DNA from: Methanomicrobiales archaeon HGW-Methanomicrobiales-3
GTDB lineage: Archaea > Halobacteriota > Methanomicrobia > Methanomicrobiales > Methanospirillaceae
Length of the DNA stretch: 64,000 nucleotides
NCBI GenBank assembly: GCA_002839605.1
Contig: PGYK01000003.1
Coordinates: 96,229-160,228 of the forward strand
Direction of reading: 5' to 3'
A model generated the notes under the pieces. That model searched no databases. It had not been told where the DNA came from and saw nothing but the letters and a program-made list of their open reading frames with translations. Below, piece after piece: positions 9,901 to 19,296 of the stretch (positions within the stretch are counted from its first letter, which is position 1; the number at the start of each line of letters is the position of its first letter). A program made the position numbers and the translations under genes.

Positions 9901-11132
9901 CCGTACTCAACAGAGATCCGGCAGATGTCGGCAAGAAGTGACGGGAGATCCTTTGTCCGGACGATAGCCTGGTTGATCTGGGAGAGGACCGCATAGAGAC
10001 GCCTGGCGGCAAGCACCCGTTTTTCGGCAAGGATCTGCTCCGTGATGTTCCGGATCGAGAGGATGGTGATCGTGCGTCGCTTCTGCGGGTACTCGCTTGA
10101 GAGGACATCGGCCGGAAAGATCGTGCCTTCCCGGGAGCGGTAATACCGGAGGTGCGTCCCGAAAATGCCGTTTGGTGATTCAGCTCCAGACGCCCCGTTT
10201 TCCGCAAGCAGATCCGCATGGTTCATTCCCCGGAACTCTTCAGGAGTGAAACCGAAGAGGTAGCTTGCGGCGCGATTGGCATCCAGGATCTCTTCGGAAT
10301 CCTGGTCCACCACGAGCATTGCGTCGCCGGCAGCCTCAAAGACATTGCGGTACCGCTGTTCGCCTTCTGAGATCTTCTCTTCAGCAGCCCTGACCGACGT
10401 GATATCCGTCATCACGCCATGGATACCGGAAAATTTCCCTTGTACAAAGACCGGCCGGCTTGACGTGCGCACAATCCGGATCTTTCCCGATTCGTCAATG
10501 AGCCGGAACTCGAACGGGTGCAGATCTCCCTTTTCGATCTCTACAAACCGCTCCTTAACGCGGGGGAGGTCGTCGGGGACGATGAAATCAGAAACCGGCC
10601 TCGTGATCACATCGGCCGGCTCGTAGCCGAACTGGCTGATCCGGGGGCTGATATAGGAGATGGTGCCGTTCCGGTCAACAACAAAGAGCACATCATTGAT
10701 CTTCTCGACAAGATCCCGGTATTTCTCCTCGGATTGTAAAAGGGCCATCTCAGCCTGCCTGCGCTGGACGGCCTGACGGATCTTGCTTGCCAGCTCGGCA
10801 TACTGGCTTTTTGGTTCGCCGCCTTTCTGGAGGTAGAAGTCCGCACCGGAGTTGAGGGCTTCGATTGCCACCTCTTCGCGTCCCTTGCCGGTGAAGAGGA
10901 TGAAGGGCACAGCGTTCTTTTCCGATCGGAGGAATTTTAAGAAGGCAAGCCCGTCCATCTCCGGCATCTGGTAATCGGAGATGACCGCATCGAATGCTCT
11001 CGCTGCAAGCATCCCGATTGCTTCCTGTGCCGAGGTGGTGGTGACAACGGAAAAATCGCCGGTGCGTTCAAGATAGACACGGGTGATCTCAAGAAGGGTG
11101 GGCTCATCATCAACATAGAGGATGGATATCAT
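6948..11132 (-). CDS. Hybrid sensor histidine kinase: N-terminal receiver + multiple PAS + GAF + HisKA/HATPase (1394 aa)
   Basis: The REC start is MISILYVDDEPTLLEI...DYQMPEMDG. PAS S-box segments repeat along the protein. The H-box is ITRHDIKNKLTGVMGYLELAK, and the ATPase boxes are ENALKHG, VEDDGVGVP and GFGLFLAREIL. Confidence 0.9.
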   Translation of the reverse strand: MISILYVDDEPTLLEITRVYLERTGDFSVVTTTSAQEAIGMLAARAFDAVISDYQMPEMDGLAFLKFLRSEKNAVPFILFTGKGREEVAIEALNSGADFYLQKGGEPKSQYAELASKIRQAVQRRQAEMALLQSEEKYRDLVEKINDVLFVVDRNGTISYISPRISQFGYEPADVITRPVSDFIVPDDLPRVKERFVEIEKGDLHPFEFRLIDESGKIRIVRTSSRPVFVQGKFSGIHGVMTDITSVRAAEEKISEGEQRYRNVFEAAGDAMLVVDQDSEEILDANRAASYLFGFTPEEFRGMNHADLLAENGASGAESPNGIFGTHLRYYRSREGTIFPADVLSSEYPQKRRTITILSIRNITEQILAEKRVLAARRLYAVLSQINQAIVRTKDLPSLLADICRISVEYGKFRMAWIGLLDHDSLMLRPVAHAGNEDGYLSAREQCGDEEQNHVSPVGTAVREGRYDTSNDIETDPRMEPWRKEAKKRGFGSFAAFPFRLHGEVVGAYVIYASQKDFFTAAEIALLEEIALDISFALDMLDEQARRTKAEKALAGSEEKVQTLAGILEHSSQPFGIGYPDGRFGIVNPALCDLLGYSDGELHQVNWTDLTPPEFAGRESAAIEELVRTGIPQRYEKEYVRKDGSRVPVEMFLHRFPATGEKIEYFYTFVTDITEQKRIKEAIRKERDRAEQYLDMAGVLLAVLDTNGKISLINRRGCEILGYPEEELLGRDWISTCLPEHVQDEVREVLSQVTRGDIAPVEYHENVIRRKDGQERMLAFHNTLLKDDDGWVTGILFSGEDITDRKLTEDALQKSEERFRNLIQNSSDMIRIIDRNGRIAYSSPSTLRICGYDPSEVQGKDPLEYIHPDDRKRVKDALSEVFGNRNFGTPTEYRIRHADGHYIDVEAIATNLPGVVGIDGIVTTARPITERKAAERSLLESEGRYRALFEKSTDAIFVLSSRFLDCNPAAERLFGYSREEIMGLDPVALSPPEQPGGRVSADLAAEYIRAAQTGTPQTFAWTHTTQSGRLFPAEVTLIPAQVQGEERLIAIVHDRTAQDLSEKEFRHLARFPHLNPDPVIGIDSLKNITYANPATRTVLENLGVSPDPAAFIPADYDTLVTGLIAEPDSPLMREVRIGTAHFGETISYDPEEKRVMIFAREVTTWSYEKRALEQANRKLNLLSGITRHDIKNKLTGVMGYLELAKGSTKDPELIEYLSRVEISAAAIRQQIEFTKEYENLGAGSPVWQELAVVLEAVKKTLDPGTVAVENETCGLALYADPMLEKVLYCFVENALKHGETITKIRISGTPVPAGYLLVVEDDGVGVPVDRKEKIFNKNVGKGSGGFGLFLAREILSITGITIAETGEPGAGARFEISIPSGKFRIKCPDSPFLN

Positions 11133-11220
11133 GGCGGATTCCGGGGCTGTTGGGGGGTACTGGTATTTTCTGATCTTTTTTCACCCTTATTTATAGTGAG
11201 CGTTACCAGGCCCGGGTACA

Positions 11221-11595
11221 TCACGAAAGATACCGGGCAATGCCTTCACGGAGTTCTTCGAAAGTGACCGGTTTGTGGAGTACCCCGAGATTTTTGTCAT
11301 TGAGCGCAGCCATCTTCTCCTCGACCTCCGGTGATGCGGTGAAGATGAGTACCGGGATATCGACAATTTTGAGCTCCCCCCGGAGTCGTTCCAAAAACTC
11401 CCAGCCGTTGATGGGCATCATCATGATATCCAGAAGGATAAGGGACGGCCTGGTGCGGCGGACCAGATCGAGGGCATCGATCCCGTTGGTGACCAGCACG
11501 GGTTCATACCCGAGCCGGTGGATCATCAGGTCCATCATCTCGAGGATGGGCTGATCGTCTTCAACAACAAGGATCGTTTCAGGCATTGTTCTCAC
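11221..11595 (-). CDS. Single-domain response regulator (CheY-like receiver)
   Basis: 124 aa. ILVVEDDQPILEMM...LILLDIMMMPINGWEF...IFTAS...KP carries the Asp pocket, the phospho-Asp and the conserved Lys in the usual order. Confidence 0.85.
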   Translation of the reverse strand: MRTMPETILVVEDDQPILEMMDLMIHRLGYEPVLVTNGIDALDLVRRTRPSLILLDIMMMPINGWEFLERLRGELKIVDIPVLIFTASPEVEEKMAALNDKNLGVLHKPVTFEELREGIARYLS

Positions 11596-11797
11596 ATCCG
11601 GAATCTGAAACCGGGCGGGCAGGGAATGGCCGGCATGGTTCCCGAACCGGTGGCCGGACCGGGAGTCGTAGCAACCCGTTACCGCAGTTACCTCGATATA
11701 TACCGCCAGAGTTTAAAAATGTGTTATCTTTGACGGAAACGGGCTCCGTAATAGAAAATTGCCGGGGCGGAAAAAATTGCGCGGGAATGCGAAAGCA

Positions 11798-13138
11798 TCA
11801 GACCGCAAGCGGCGAGAGCTTTGCAACCACCCGCTCCACCTGCTGCACCGCGGTGCCGATGTAGGCATCGGGGGAGAGGAGGATGGCGATATCAGCTTTT
11901 GAGCAGTACCGCACGATCTCGGGGTCGGCTCCCAGCACATCGGCAAGAGGCCGGCCTTCGGCAAGGGCCTGCATGCTCGCCATCCGGATCCGCTCGTGGG
12001 AGTCCTGCCGGCTCATGCCCTTCTTTGTCAGCTCGATCATGACCGACTCGGCCATGTTGATGCCGTGGAGGAAGCCAAGGTTCCTCCGGATTGCGGCACG
12101 GTTGATGACCAGGTTCTCCAGCACCACAGCCATGAGCCGGAGGCAGTGGTCGGTGAGAATCGAGGATTCAGGGAAGAGCACCCGCTCGCAGGAGGAGTTG
12201 GTCAGGTCCCGCTCGTCCCAGAGGGTGTTGTTCTGGAGCGCGGGTTCGACCGCCGAACGGATGATCCGGGCAAGGCCGCAGACCTGCTCTGACTTGATGG
12301 GGTTTCTCTTGTGCGGCATGGTTGAGGAGCCCACCTGTTTTGCCCCAAAGGCTTCCTCGACCTCGCCGATCTCGGTGCGCTGGAGGCTGCGGATCTCAAC
12401 ACCGATCTTGTCAAGCGTGGTTGCGACCCCGGCGCAGAACATGAAGTACTCGGCATACCGGTCGCGGGAGATGACCTGGTTTGAGACGTCCACCGAACTC
12501 ATAGTGAGGAACTCCATCATGGTTGCCTGCACGTCCATTGCCTTTGGCCCGAGGGCCGCCTGTGTCCCGACCGCGCCGGTCATCTGCCCGACCACGACCC
12601 GGGGGCGCATCTGTTCGAGCCGTTCGATGTGCCGGCCAACCTCGCTTGCCCAGATGGCAAACCGGAGGCCGTAGGTTGTGGGGACGCCGTGCTGCCCGTG
12701 GGTCCGGCCGATGCAGACGAGCGCCTTGTTCTCCTCGGCCCGCATCAGCAGGACCGCGAGGAGTTTCCGGAGCTTGGTGTCCAGCAGGTCCAGCGTCTGG
12801 CCGAGCTGGAGACCGGTGGCCGTGTCAAGGATGTCGTTGCTGGTTGCCCCGTAATGCACCCAGCGGCCGGACTCGCCCGTGACTTCCGTGATCGATTTCA
12901 CAATCGCCATCATGTCGTGGCTGATCTCAAGTTCGATCTCTTTTGCCCGTTCGAGCGATGCGTTGTGGGCTTTTTCGCTGATCTCAACTGCTGCTTCTGC
13001 CGGGATCATGCCATGCCGGGCTTCGGCTTTTGCGAGCGCAACCTCCGCGCTGACAATGCAGGAGAACCGGTTCTTCTCGCTCCAGACGGCACGCATCTCC
13101 TTCGTGCCGTAGCGTTCCTCGATGGGGTGGACTGCCAT
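11798..13138 (-). CDS. purB: Adenylosuccinate lyase
   Basis: 446 aa. Contains MAVHPIEERYGTKEMRAVWSE, the fumarate-lyase signature GSSTMPHKRNP, and TSNDILDTA. Confidence 0.9.
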   Translation of the reverse strand: MAVHPIEERYGTKEMRAVWSEKNRFSCIVSAEVALAKAEARHGMIPAEAAVEISEKAHNASLERAKEIELEISHDMMAIVKSITEVTGESGRWVHYGATSNDILDTATGLQLGQTLDLLDTKLRKLLAVLLMRAEENKALVCIGRTHGQHGVPTTYGLRFAIWASEVGRHIERLEQMRPRVVVGQMTGAVGTQAALGPKAMDVQATMMEFLTMSSVDVSNQVISRDRYAEYFMFCAGVATTLDKIGVEIRSLQRTEIGEVEEAFGAKQVGSSTMPHKRNPIKSEQVCGLARIIRSAVEPALQNNTLWDERDLTNSSCERVLFPESSILTDHCLRLMAVVLENLVINRAAIRRNLGFLHGINMAESVMIELTKKGMSRQDSHERIRMASMQALAEGRPLADVLGADPEIVRYCSKADIAILLSPDAYIGTAVQQVERVVAKLSPLAV

Positions 13139-13243
13139 GGGTAGAAATGGGATGTACAGGGATATAAGGGGTGAGGGGGGTGCAAAGCGGAGCCTGATTC
13201 GATCAGATCTCTTTTAAAAAAAGGTGCCTGACAAAAAAACGGG

Positions 13244-16200
13244 GATGAGACTCCGGTTCTTGTGGATGTTTCGCTCGAAGCTCTCGTCACTCGTCAAGCC
13301 CTCGGAAAAGATGGGTTTCAATCCTTGTTCTCTTGGATGAATCGCTCGAAGTAGTCCGGTGCTGAGTTCGTGACTTTGTGACCAAGGTTTCAATCCTTGT
13401 TCTCTTGGATGAATCGCTCGAAGGCGGCCCCATGCTCCTGACCCTCAACGGACGCCAGTTTCAATCCGTGTTCTCTTGGATGAATCGCTCGAAGGCCGGT
13501 GATCCCGGCAGCAGGGAGCGCATAATGGGTTTCAATCCTTGTTCTCTTGGATGAATCGCTCGAAGCCCTCCGGCGCAAAATACAACGTATGTTAAAGCCA
13601 GTTTCAATCCTTGTTCTCTTGGATGAATCGCTCGAAGGCTGTTTTTCTAACATATAGATCATACATACTATAGGTTTCAATCCTTGTTCTCTTGGATGAA
13701 TCGCTCGAAGTGCTGTCGGTGTCCTCGGTTACCTGCCCTTTATCGTTTCAATCCTTGTTCTCTTGGATGAATCGCTCGAAGGCCGGGTGCTAGGATCATT
13801 CGCTGCGGATAAGATGTTTCAATCCTTGTTCTCTTGGATGAATCGCTCGAAGGGTTGGCGCGGAGGCGGAGGAATGATCGACATTTGTTTCAATCCTTGT
13901 TCTCTTGGATGAATCGCTCGAAGCAATGCCATGCGGATGATTACTGCCAGTATAAGTTGTTTCAATCCTTGTTCTCTTGGATGAATCGCTCGAAGTCTTT
14001 GACCGGATCCTTCAGAAACCCGGGCTTGTGTTTCAATCCTTGTTCTCTTGGATGAATCGCTCGAAGCAGAAGATCGAGGAATTGAAAGATGGATGAATGT
14101 ATGTTTCAATCCTTGTTCTCTTGGATGAATCGCTCGAAGAATGCCCAAAGAATCGCCTTAAATGTCATATCGGGGTTTCAATCCTTGTTCTCTTGGATGA
14201 ATCGCTCGAAGCCTATATCGTCAGTCATATCGAGCAGGGGGGCCGGTTTCAATCCTTGTTCTCTTGGATGAATCGCTCGAAGTGCGGGGTCGCACGGGGA
14301 ACTAATCATTATGTATAGTTTCAATCCTTGTTCTCTTGGATGAATCGCTCGAAGTCAAGGGAAGGAACCGCAGCGAGAGAGATAGATGGGTTTCAATCCT
14401 TGTTCTCTTGGATGAATCGCTCGAAGACGTGTCCATGACGGTGCCGTAAAGAGCGTTCTGGTTTCAATCCTTGTTCTCTTGGATGAATCGCTCGAAGCGG
14501 AATGACAGTGCACTTTATTACGGCACCAACCCGGTTTCAATCCTTGTTCTCTTGGATGAATCGCTCGAAGTCTGCCGCCTTGGTAGTAGTCCCCGCCGCT
14601 CATGAGTTTCAATCCTTGTTCTCTTGGATGAATCGCTCGAAGTCAAAAGTCAGCCTGAATGGAGTAAAGCACTATGGGTTTCAATCCTTGTTCTCTTGGA
14701 TGAATCGCTCGAAGGTTAAAGGAGGTAGTTTTGTTTTCTTCATCCTCGGTTTCAATCCTTGTTCTCTTGGATGAATCGCTCGAAGAGGGCATGACCGATG
14801 CGGATCTTGCCCGCGAGCAGGGTTTCAATCCTTGTTCTCTTGGATGAATCGCTCGAAGAAAAAATTGAGGAATTGAAAGAATGACGCAAGGCGTTTCAAT
14901 CCTTGTTCTCTTGGATGAATCGCTCGAAGCAGGGCTGCGTCGTGATAGACAGTCTTACCCTTCTTGAAGTTTCAATCCTTGTTCTCTTGGATGAATCGCT
15001 CGAAGAATGCCACAAGATCCGGGCCAGAATTCCACTATTCTGTTTCAATCCTTGTTCTCTTGGATGAATCGCTCGAAGGCACCCACTGTCGTTGATGTAT
15101 CGGTGAACTGCAGTTTCAATCCTTGTTCTCTTGGATGAATCGCTCGAAGTTGATATCACATTGCATGGAGAGCCGGTACCCTGGTTTCAATCCTTGTTCT
15201 CTTGGATGAATCGCTCGAAGCTCTGGTTTCTGGAGGTTTAGAGATTATGCGTGGTGTGTTTCAATCCTTGTTCTCTTGGATGAATCGCTCGAAGGCGTGC
15301 TCCCCGGGCACGAAAAGGAAACTATCGGGTTTCAATCCTTGTTCTCTTGGATGAATCGCTCGAAGCTGCGCTTCCATGGGATCGTAGGTGTCCGGATCCT
15401 GTTTCAATCCTTGTTCTCTTGGATGAATCGCTCGAAGTCGAGGTTCGCCTCCGGTGGTGCGGAGGGATTCTTGTTTCAATCCTTGTTCTCTTGGATGAAT
15501 CGCTCGAAGATCCACCGATACCACCGACAGGTGATGGTAAGACAGTACGTTTCAATCCTTGTTCTCTTGGATGAATCGCTCGAAGGTAACGACCATCCTA
15601 AACAATGCTCGTTTTAATGCTGTTTCAATCCTTGTTCTCTTGGATGAATCGCTCGAAGCCGTCGCCGCCGGCACCCGCATAAAGACCGGTGAGTTTCAAT
15701 CCTTGTTCTCTTGGATGAATCGCTCGAAGTCACCCAAACACCCCGCTACATCAGAATCAATATTGTTTCAATCCTTGTTCTCTTGGATGAATCGCTCGAA
15801 GCACATTACCACCTCGTGGTATTCCGGTTCGTGGAGTTTCAATCCTTGTTCTCTTGGATGAATCGCTCGAAGACTGCATCGACAATTCATTGGAAGAACC
15901 AAATCGGTTTCAATCCTTGTTCTCTTGGATGAATCGCTCGAAGCATGTCCGGCCGCCCGGCAAGTCCTCACCCATAGGGGGTTTCAATCCTTGTTCTCTT
16001 GGATGAATCGCTCGAAGCGGGATCGCCTTCCCGGACTACGTCAATGCACAGCGAGGTTTCAATCCTTGTTCTCTTGGATGAATCGCTCGAAGATACTTGC
16101 AGGTGTCGCAGGGCGAAATCATTTCATGTTTCAATCCTTGTTCTCTTGGATGAATCGCTCGAAGATCAGATCGGTTGCGGCTGCTGCGCTGGTCATTGGT

Positions 16201-17315
16201 TTCAATCCTTGTTCTCTTGGATGAATCGCTCGAAGCAAGTATCGCAGACGGTTCATCGGTGCGCTCAAATGTTTCAATCCTTGTTCTCTTGGATGAATCG
16301 CTCGAAGCCCCTTACCCCGATTGTAAGCATATCCCTTAATGGTTTCAATCCTTGTTCTCTTGGATGAATCGCTCGAAGCAGATCAAGGATAACGCCCGGG
16401 ACCTCGGCATGAGTTTCAATCCTTGTTCTCTTGGATGAATCGCTCGAAGCGGTATAAAAAACGCCTGTACGATCCATTCAAACGGGTTTCAATCCTTGTT
16501 CTCTTGGATGAATCGCTCGAAGTCCCCACTATCACCTCGTAGTATTCCGGTACGTGGAGTTTCAATCCTTGTTCTCTTGGATGAATCGCTCGAAGATGTT
16601 GGTGATCAAACCCGAATCATCATCCTACCTGTTTCAATCCTTGTTCTCTTGGATGAATCGCTCGAAGACGAACTCGTACAGCGAAGGAACCGAGTAAGAG
16701 AAGTTTCAATCCTTGTTCTCTTGGATGAATCGCTCGAAGATCTGATAGAACCGGAGAGAATAGATATGAATATAGTTTCAATCCTTGTTCTCTTGGATGA
16801 ATCGCTCGAAGATGGTTTCCTTATGCGAGAGGTCCCATGTTTCGTGTTTCAATCCTTGTTCTCTTGGATGAATCGCTCGAAGCATGGTTGGCATTATCCT
16901 CTATGAACATCTTAATGGTTTCAATCCTTGTTCTCTTGGATGAATCGCTCGAAGACCAGATCCCATCATGCAGGATTGGGGCAGGCCAAGTTTCAATCCT
17001 TGTTCTCTTGGATGAATCGCTCGAAGTAGGACAGAGGATAGCCAGACTGCGATGAGGATAGTGTTTCAATCCTTGTTCTCTTGGATGAATCGCTCGAAGG
17101 ATAACGGCAAGGGTGCAGGCTGCGACGGCTTGGTGTTTCAATCCTTGTTCTCTTGGATGAATCGCTCGAAGTCATGGGGCAGATACATCACCCAGGCAGC
17201 AAGGCTGTTTCAATCCTTGTTCTCTTGGATGAATCGCTCGAAGTAAACCATACCACCCATCCTGTGATAGGCTCCTTAGTTTCAATCCTTGTTCTCTTGG
17301 ATGAATCGCTCGAAG
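13244..17315 (-). CRISPR. CRISPR array: 56 intact 37-nt repeats (plus-strand GTTTCAATCCTTGTTCTCTTGGATGAATCGCTCGAAG) plus one degenerate terminal repeat (13244-13280); spacers are 34-39 nt
   Basis: I located every repeat start, from 13315, 13387, 13458 through 17207 and 17279, with a period of 71-76 nt. Read on the minus strand the repeat ends in ATTGAAAC. The A+T-rich leader and the cas genes are at the high-coordinate end. The one mutated repeat (13458-13494, T>G at position 11) and the degenerate repeat are at the low-coordinate trailer end. Confidence 0.97.
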
Positions 17316-17420
17316 TTCGCGAAAATTCGCGTATTTTTCGCTTAATCGCGATTAAAATGCTTAAAATTCCCGCATGAATTTCTTCCTGCGGAATTATGGA
17401 TTCCTATTTAAAGATAAGAA
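17316..17420 (-). promoter_or_regulatory. CRISPR leader (A+T-rich, between the cas4 stop and the first repeat)
   Basis: 105 nt with no ORF, A+T-rich (…TTAAGCATTTTAATCGCGATTAAGCGAAAAATACGCGAATTTTCGCGAA on the minus strand). It directly abuts the newest repeat at 17279-17315. Confidence 0.6.
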
Positions 17421-18014
17421 TCAGGTGCAGATTGTCGCGTAACAACAGTCGATGCACTTATTTTTGTATTTGCCCTTGCTCGGATAAAATCCTTTGTCGA
17501 TGATCTCAAGGATTTCATCAATGATCTCAAGACCCCTCTGAAAATCCTGCTCCGTGAATTCAACAGTCTCGATGTGATGATTACTCCGCGTGAAACAAAT
17601 GAACCCGCGTTTCACATCGCGATGATAATTCTCCCGGATCATGATTGCATGCAGGACAAGCTGGTACTTGTAGGTCTGGAAGATAGTGTCCTTGAATTCG
17701 GCAAACTTATATTCGAACGGCGCTGCGGTCCCGTCATCGAGAAACAGTACTTCATCAACGATCCCTTTAATGTGATTCTGTTTTGATGCGATGAAAACGT
17801 TCATCTCTTTTTTTGTCACTCCCAGTTTCTTCCGCAGATAATCTGGGTTCGTGATCAGTTTCTCTTCATGCACCTCACGCCCTTTCATCACCTTGAATCG
17901 CTTCTCCTGATGCTGAGGTATATCCAGGCAGTGCATGTAATAAATGAAACGGGGACAGAAGAGATACTCCAGCACATCTGAGATCGTGATGATCGTTTCA
18001 GTCTCGTTCGGCAT
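17421..18014 (-). CDS. cas4: CRISPR-associated exonuclease Cas4 (RecB-like, 4-Cys)
   Basis: 197 aa. An N-terminal Cys (YLFCPRFIYY) plus the C-terminal CIDCCYATIC cluster. DEVLFLDDG...EYK is a RecB-nuclease-like motif. Confidence 0.9.
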   Translation of the reverse strand: MPNETETIITISDVLEYLFCPRFIYYMHCLDIPQHQEKRFKVMKGREVHEEKLITNPDYLRKKLGVTKKEMNVFIASKQNHIKGIVDEVLFLDDGTAAPFEYKFAEFKDTIFQTYKYQLVLHAIMIRENYHRDVKRGFICFTRSNHHIETVEFTEQDFQRGLEIIDEILEIIDKGFYPSKGKYKNKCIDCCYATICT

Positions 18015-18016
18015 AA

Positions 18017-18319
18017 TCAGAAGAATTTTGTTAAGAGTTCGTCGCTCACCAGTTTCTTGTCGAAAGCCTGGCCGAGCAGTTTTACTTTCTTAAACGAGGT
18101 GTCATCCATTGGAAACACATACACGGAATCGACTTCCGGATCGATCTCCTGCCCGCATTCCAGCGCCAGTGAATCGCGTTCATTGGAGTTCAGGTTCCCA
18201 AGAAATACGCTCTTCTGAACCCGGTACAGTCCCTTGTTCAGGCAGATCCGGGCCACATGATTCCGTGTTGTCGTTTTTCGAATATCGTAAACCACCCAGA
18301 CCATTGTCATCGTTTTCAC
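18017..18319 (-). CDS. cas2: CRISPR-associated endoribonuclease Cas2
   Basis: 100 aa. VVYDIRKTTTRNHVARICLNKGLYRVQKSVFLG is the typical Cas2 ferredoxin-fold start. It abuts the cas1 stop. Confidence 0.9.
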   Translation of the reverse strand: MKTMTMVWVVYDIRKTTTRNHVARICLNKGLYRVQKSVFLGNLNSNERDSLALECGQEIDPEVDSVYVFPMDDTSFKKVKLLGQAFDKKLVSDELLTKFF

Positions 18320-19288
18320 CTACTTGATCAGTTTGTTTGCGATGGTGTGGCACTCCATCTGGATCGTATTCCGGATCTTCACGTTCCTTCCCCGGTAATC
18401 GATCTCCTTGTCGAGCATCTCGTTGATGGCGCCAATAAGGAAAGCCTTCCCCTCCTTGTTCATGTAGAGGCCGCCGGGAATAGGATCGAAATATTTCTCC
18501 GTGACCTGCCGCTTCATGAAGAGGTTGATTATCGTTTTATCGATGTGAGCCCGGAACAGTTCGATGAGATCGAATACGAATGAACGCTTGTTGTAATTGT
18601 CCGTGTGCAGGAATCCGGCATAGGGATCAAGCCCCGCAATGATGCATGAACGCTCAACCTGTGAGTAGAGGACGCCGTACCCGTAGTTCAGCAGGCAGTT
18701 GAACCCGTCGCGTGCCGGGTCACGGCTCCGGCCTTTGAACTTCCATGCATCGGGCATGGTGCTGTTAATCGCATCGAAATATGCCTGCGAAACCATTCCC
18801 TCAATTCCCATGATCGACCCGCGCTTCTGATCGAGTGTCCCCTTCATATTTTTCAGGGATTCAAGCAGGACTTCCATCCTCGCAATGTACTGTTCCAGCG
18901 TCTCTTTCTGCTCGGGCCGGTTCTTCTTCAGGTCCTTGAGAAGATCGATCTGGCCTTCTATCTTCCGTGAGATCCATTCGCGCGCAAGATAAAATCCGGT
19001 ATCCTCGTTTGCTGCTTCAAGCTGGCGACGGCGGATCAGCGTGGTGCTGCCGAGTTTGGAATGCCACACACGCCCGTACGGGTTGCCGAAGTAATCCAGA
19101 AAAATGATATCGATGTTGTTCTCAACCGCAAATTGGATTGCGTCGGTTGTAATCGTGGCAGATGTAGTGATGAGGATGCTGTCGATCTTGTCTGCGGAAA
19201 CCTCGAAGGTCTTCTCGTCGGTCTTCACGAGAAAACAGTTGTTAGATTTTTTCAGGTAGGAGCCCCGGGTGTTGATGACGAGCTGCAT
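18320..19288 (-). CDS. cas1: CRISPR-associated integrase Cas1
   Basis: ORF 18320-19612, trimmed to ATG 19288 (MQLVINTRGSYLKKSNNCFLV) because the upstream part overlaps cas6 in another frame. Conserved features seen are NCLLNYGYGVLY and GFLH. Confidence 0.9.
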   Translation of the reverse strand: MQLVINTRGSYLKKSNNCFLVKTDEKTFEVSADKIDSILITTSATITTDAIQFAVENNIDIIFLDYFGNPYGRVWHSKLGSTTLIRRRQLEAANEDTGFYLAREWISRKIEGQIDLLKDLKKNRPEQKETLEQYIARMEVLLESLKNMKGTLDQKRGSIMGIEGMVSQAYFDAINSTMPDAWKFKGRSRDPARDGFNCLLNYGYGVLYSQVERSCIIAGLDPYAGFLHTDNYNKRSFVFDLIELFRAHIDKTIINLFMKRQVTEKYFDPIPGGLYMNKEGKAFLIGAINEMLDKEIDYRGRNVKIRNTIQMECHTIANKLIK

Positions 19289-19296
19289 GGACCGCC

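Noticed and set aside
13390-17377. Dozens of 60-136-aa ORFs on both strands with reiterated peptides (FQSLFSWMNRSK, VSILVLLDESLE, RAIHPREQGLK, SSDSSKRTRIET)
   Set aside because: They are translations of the CRISPR repeat in different frames. The periodicity equals the repeat-spacer unit, so they are not genes.
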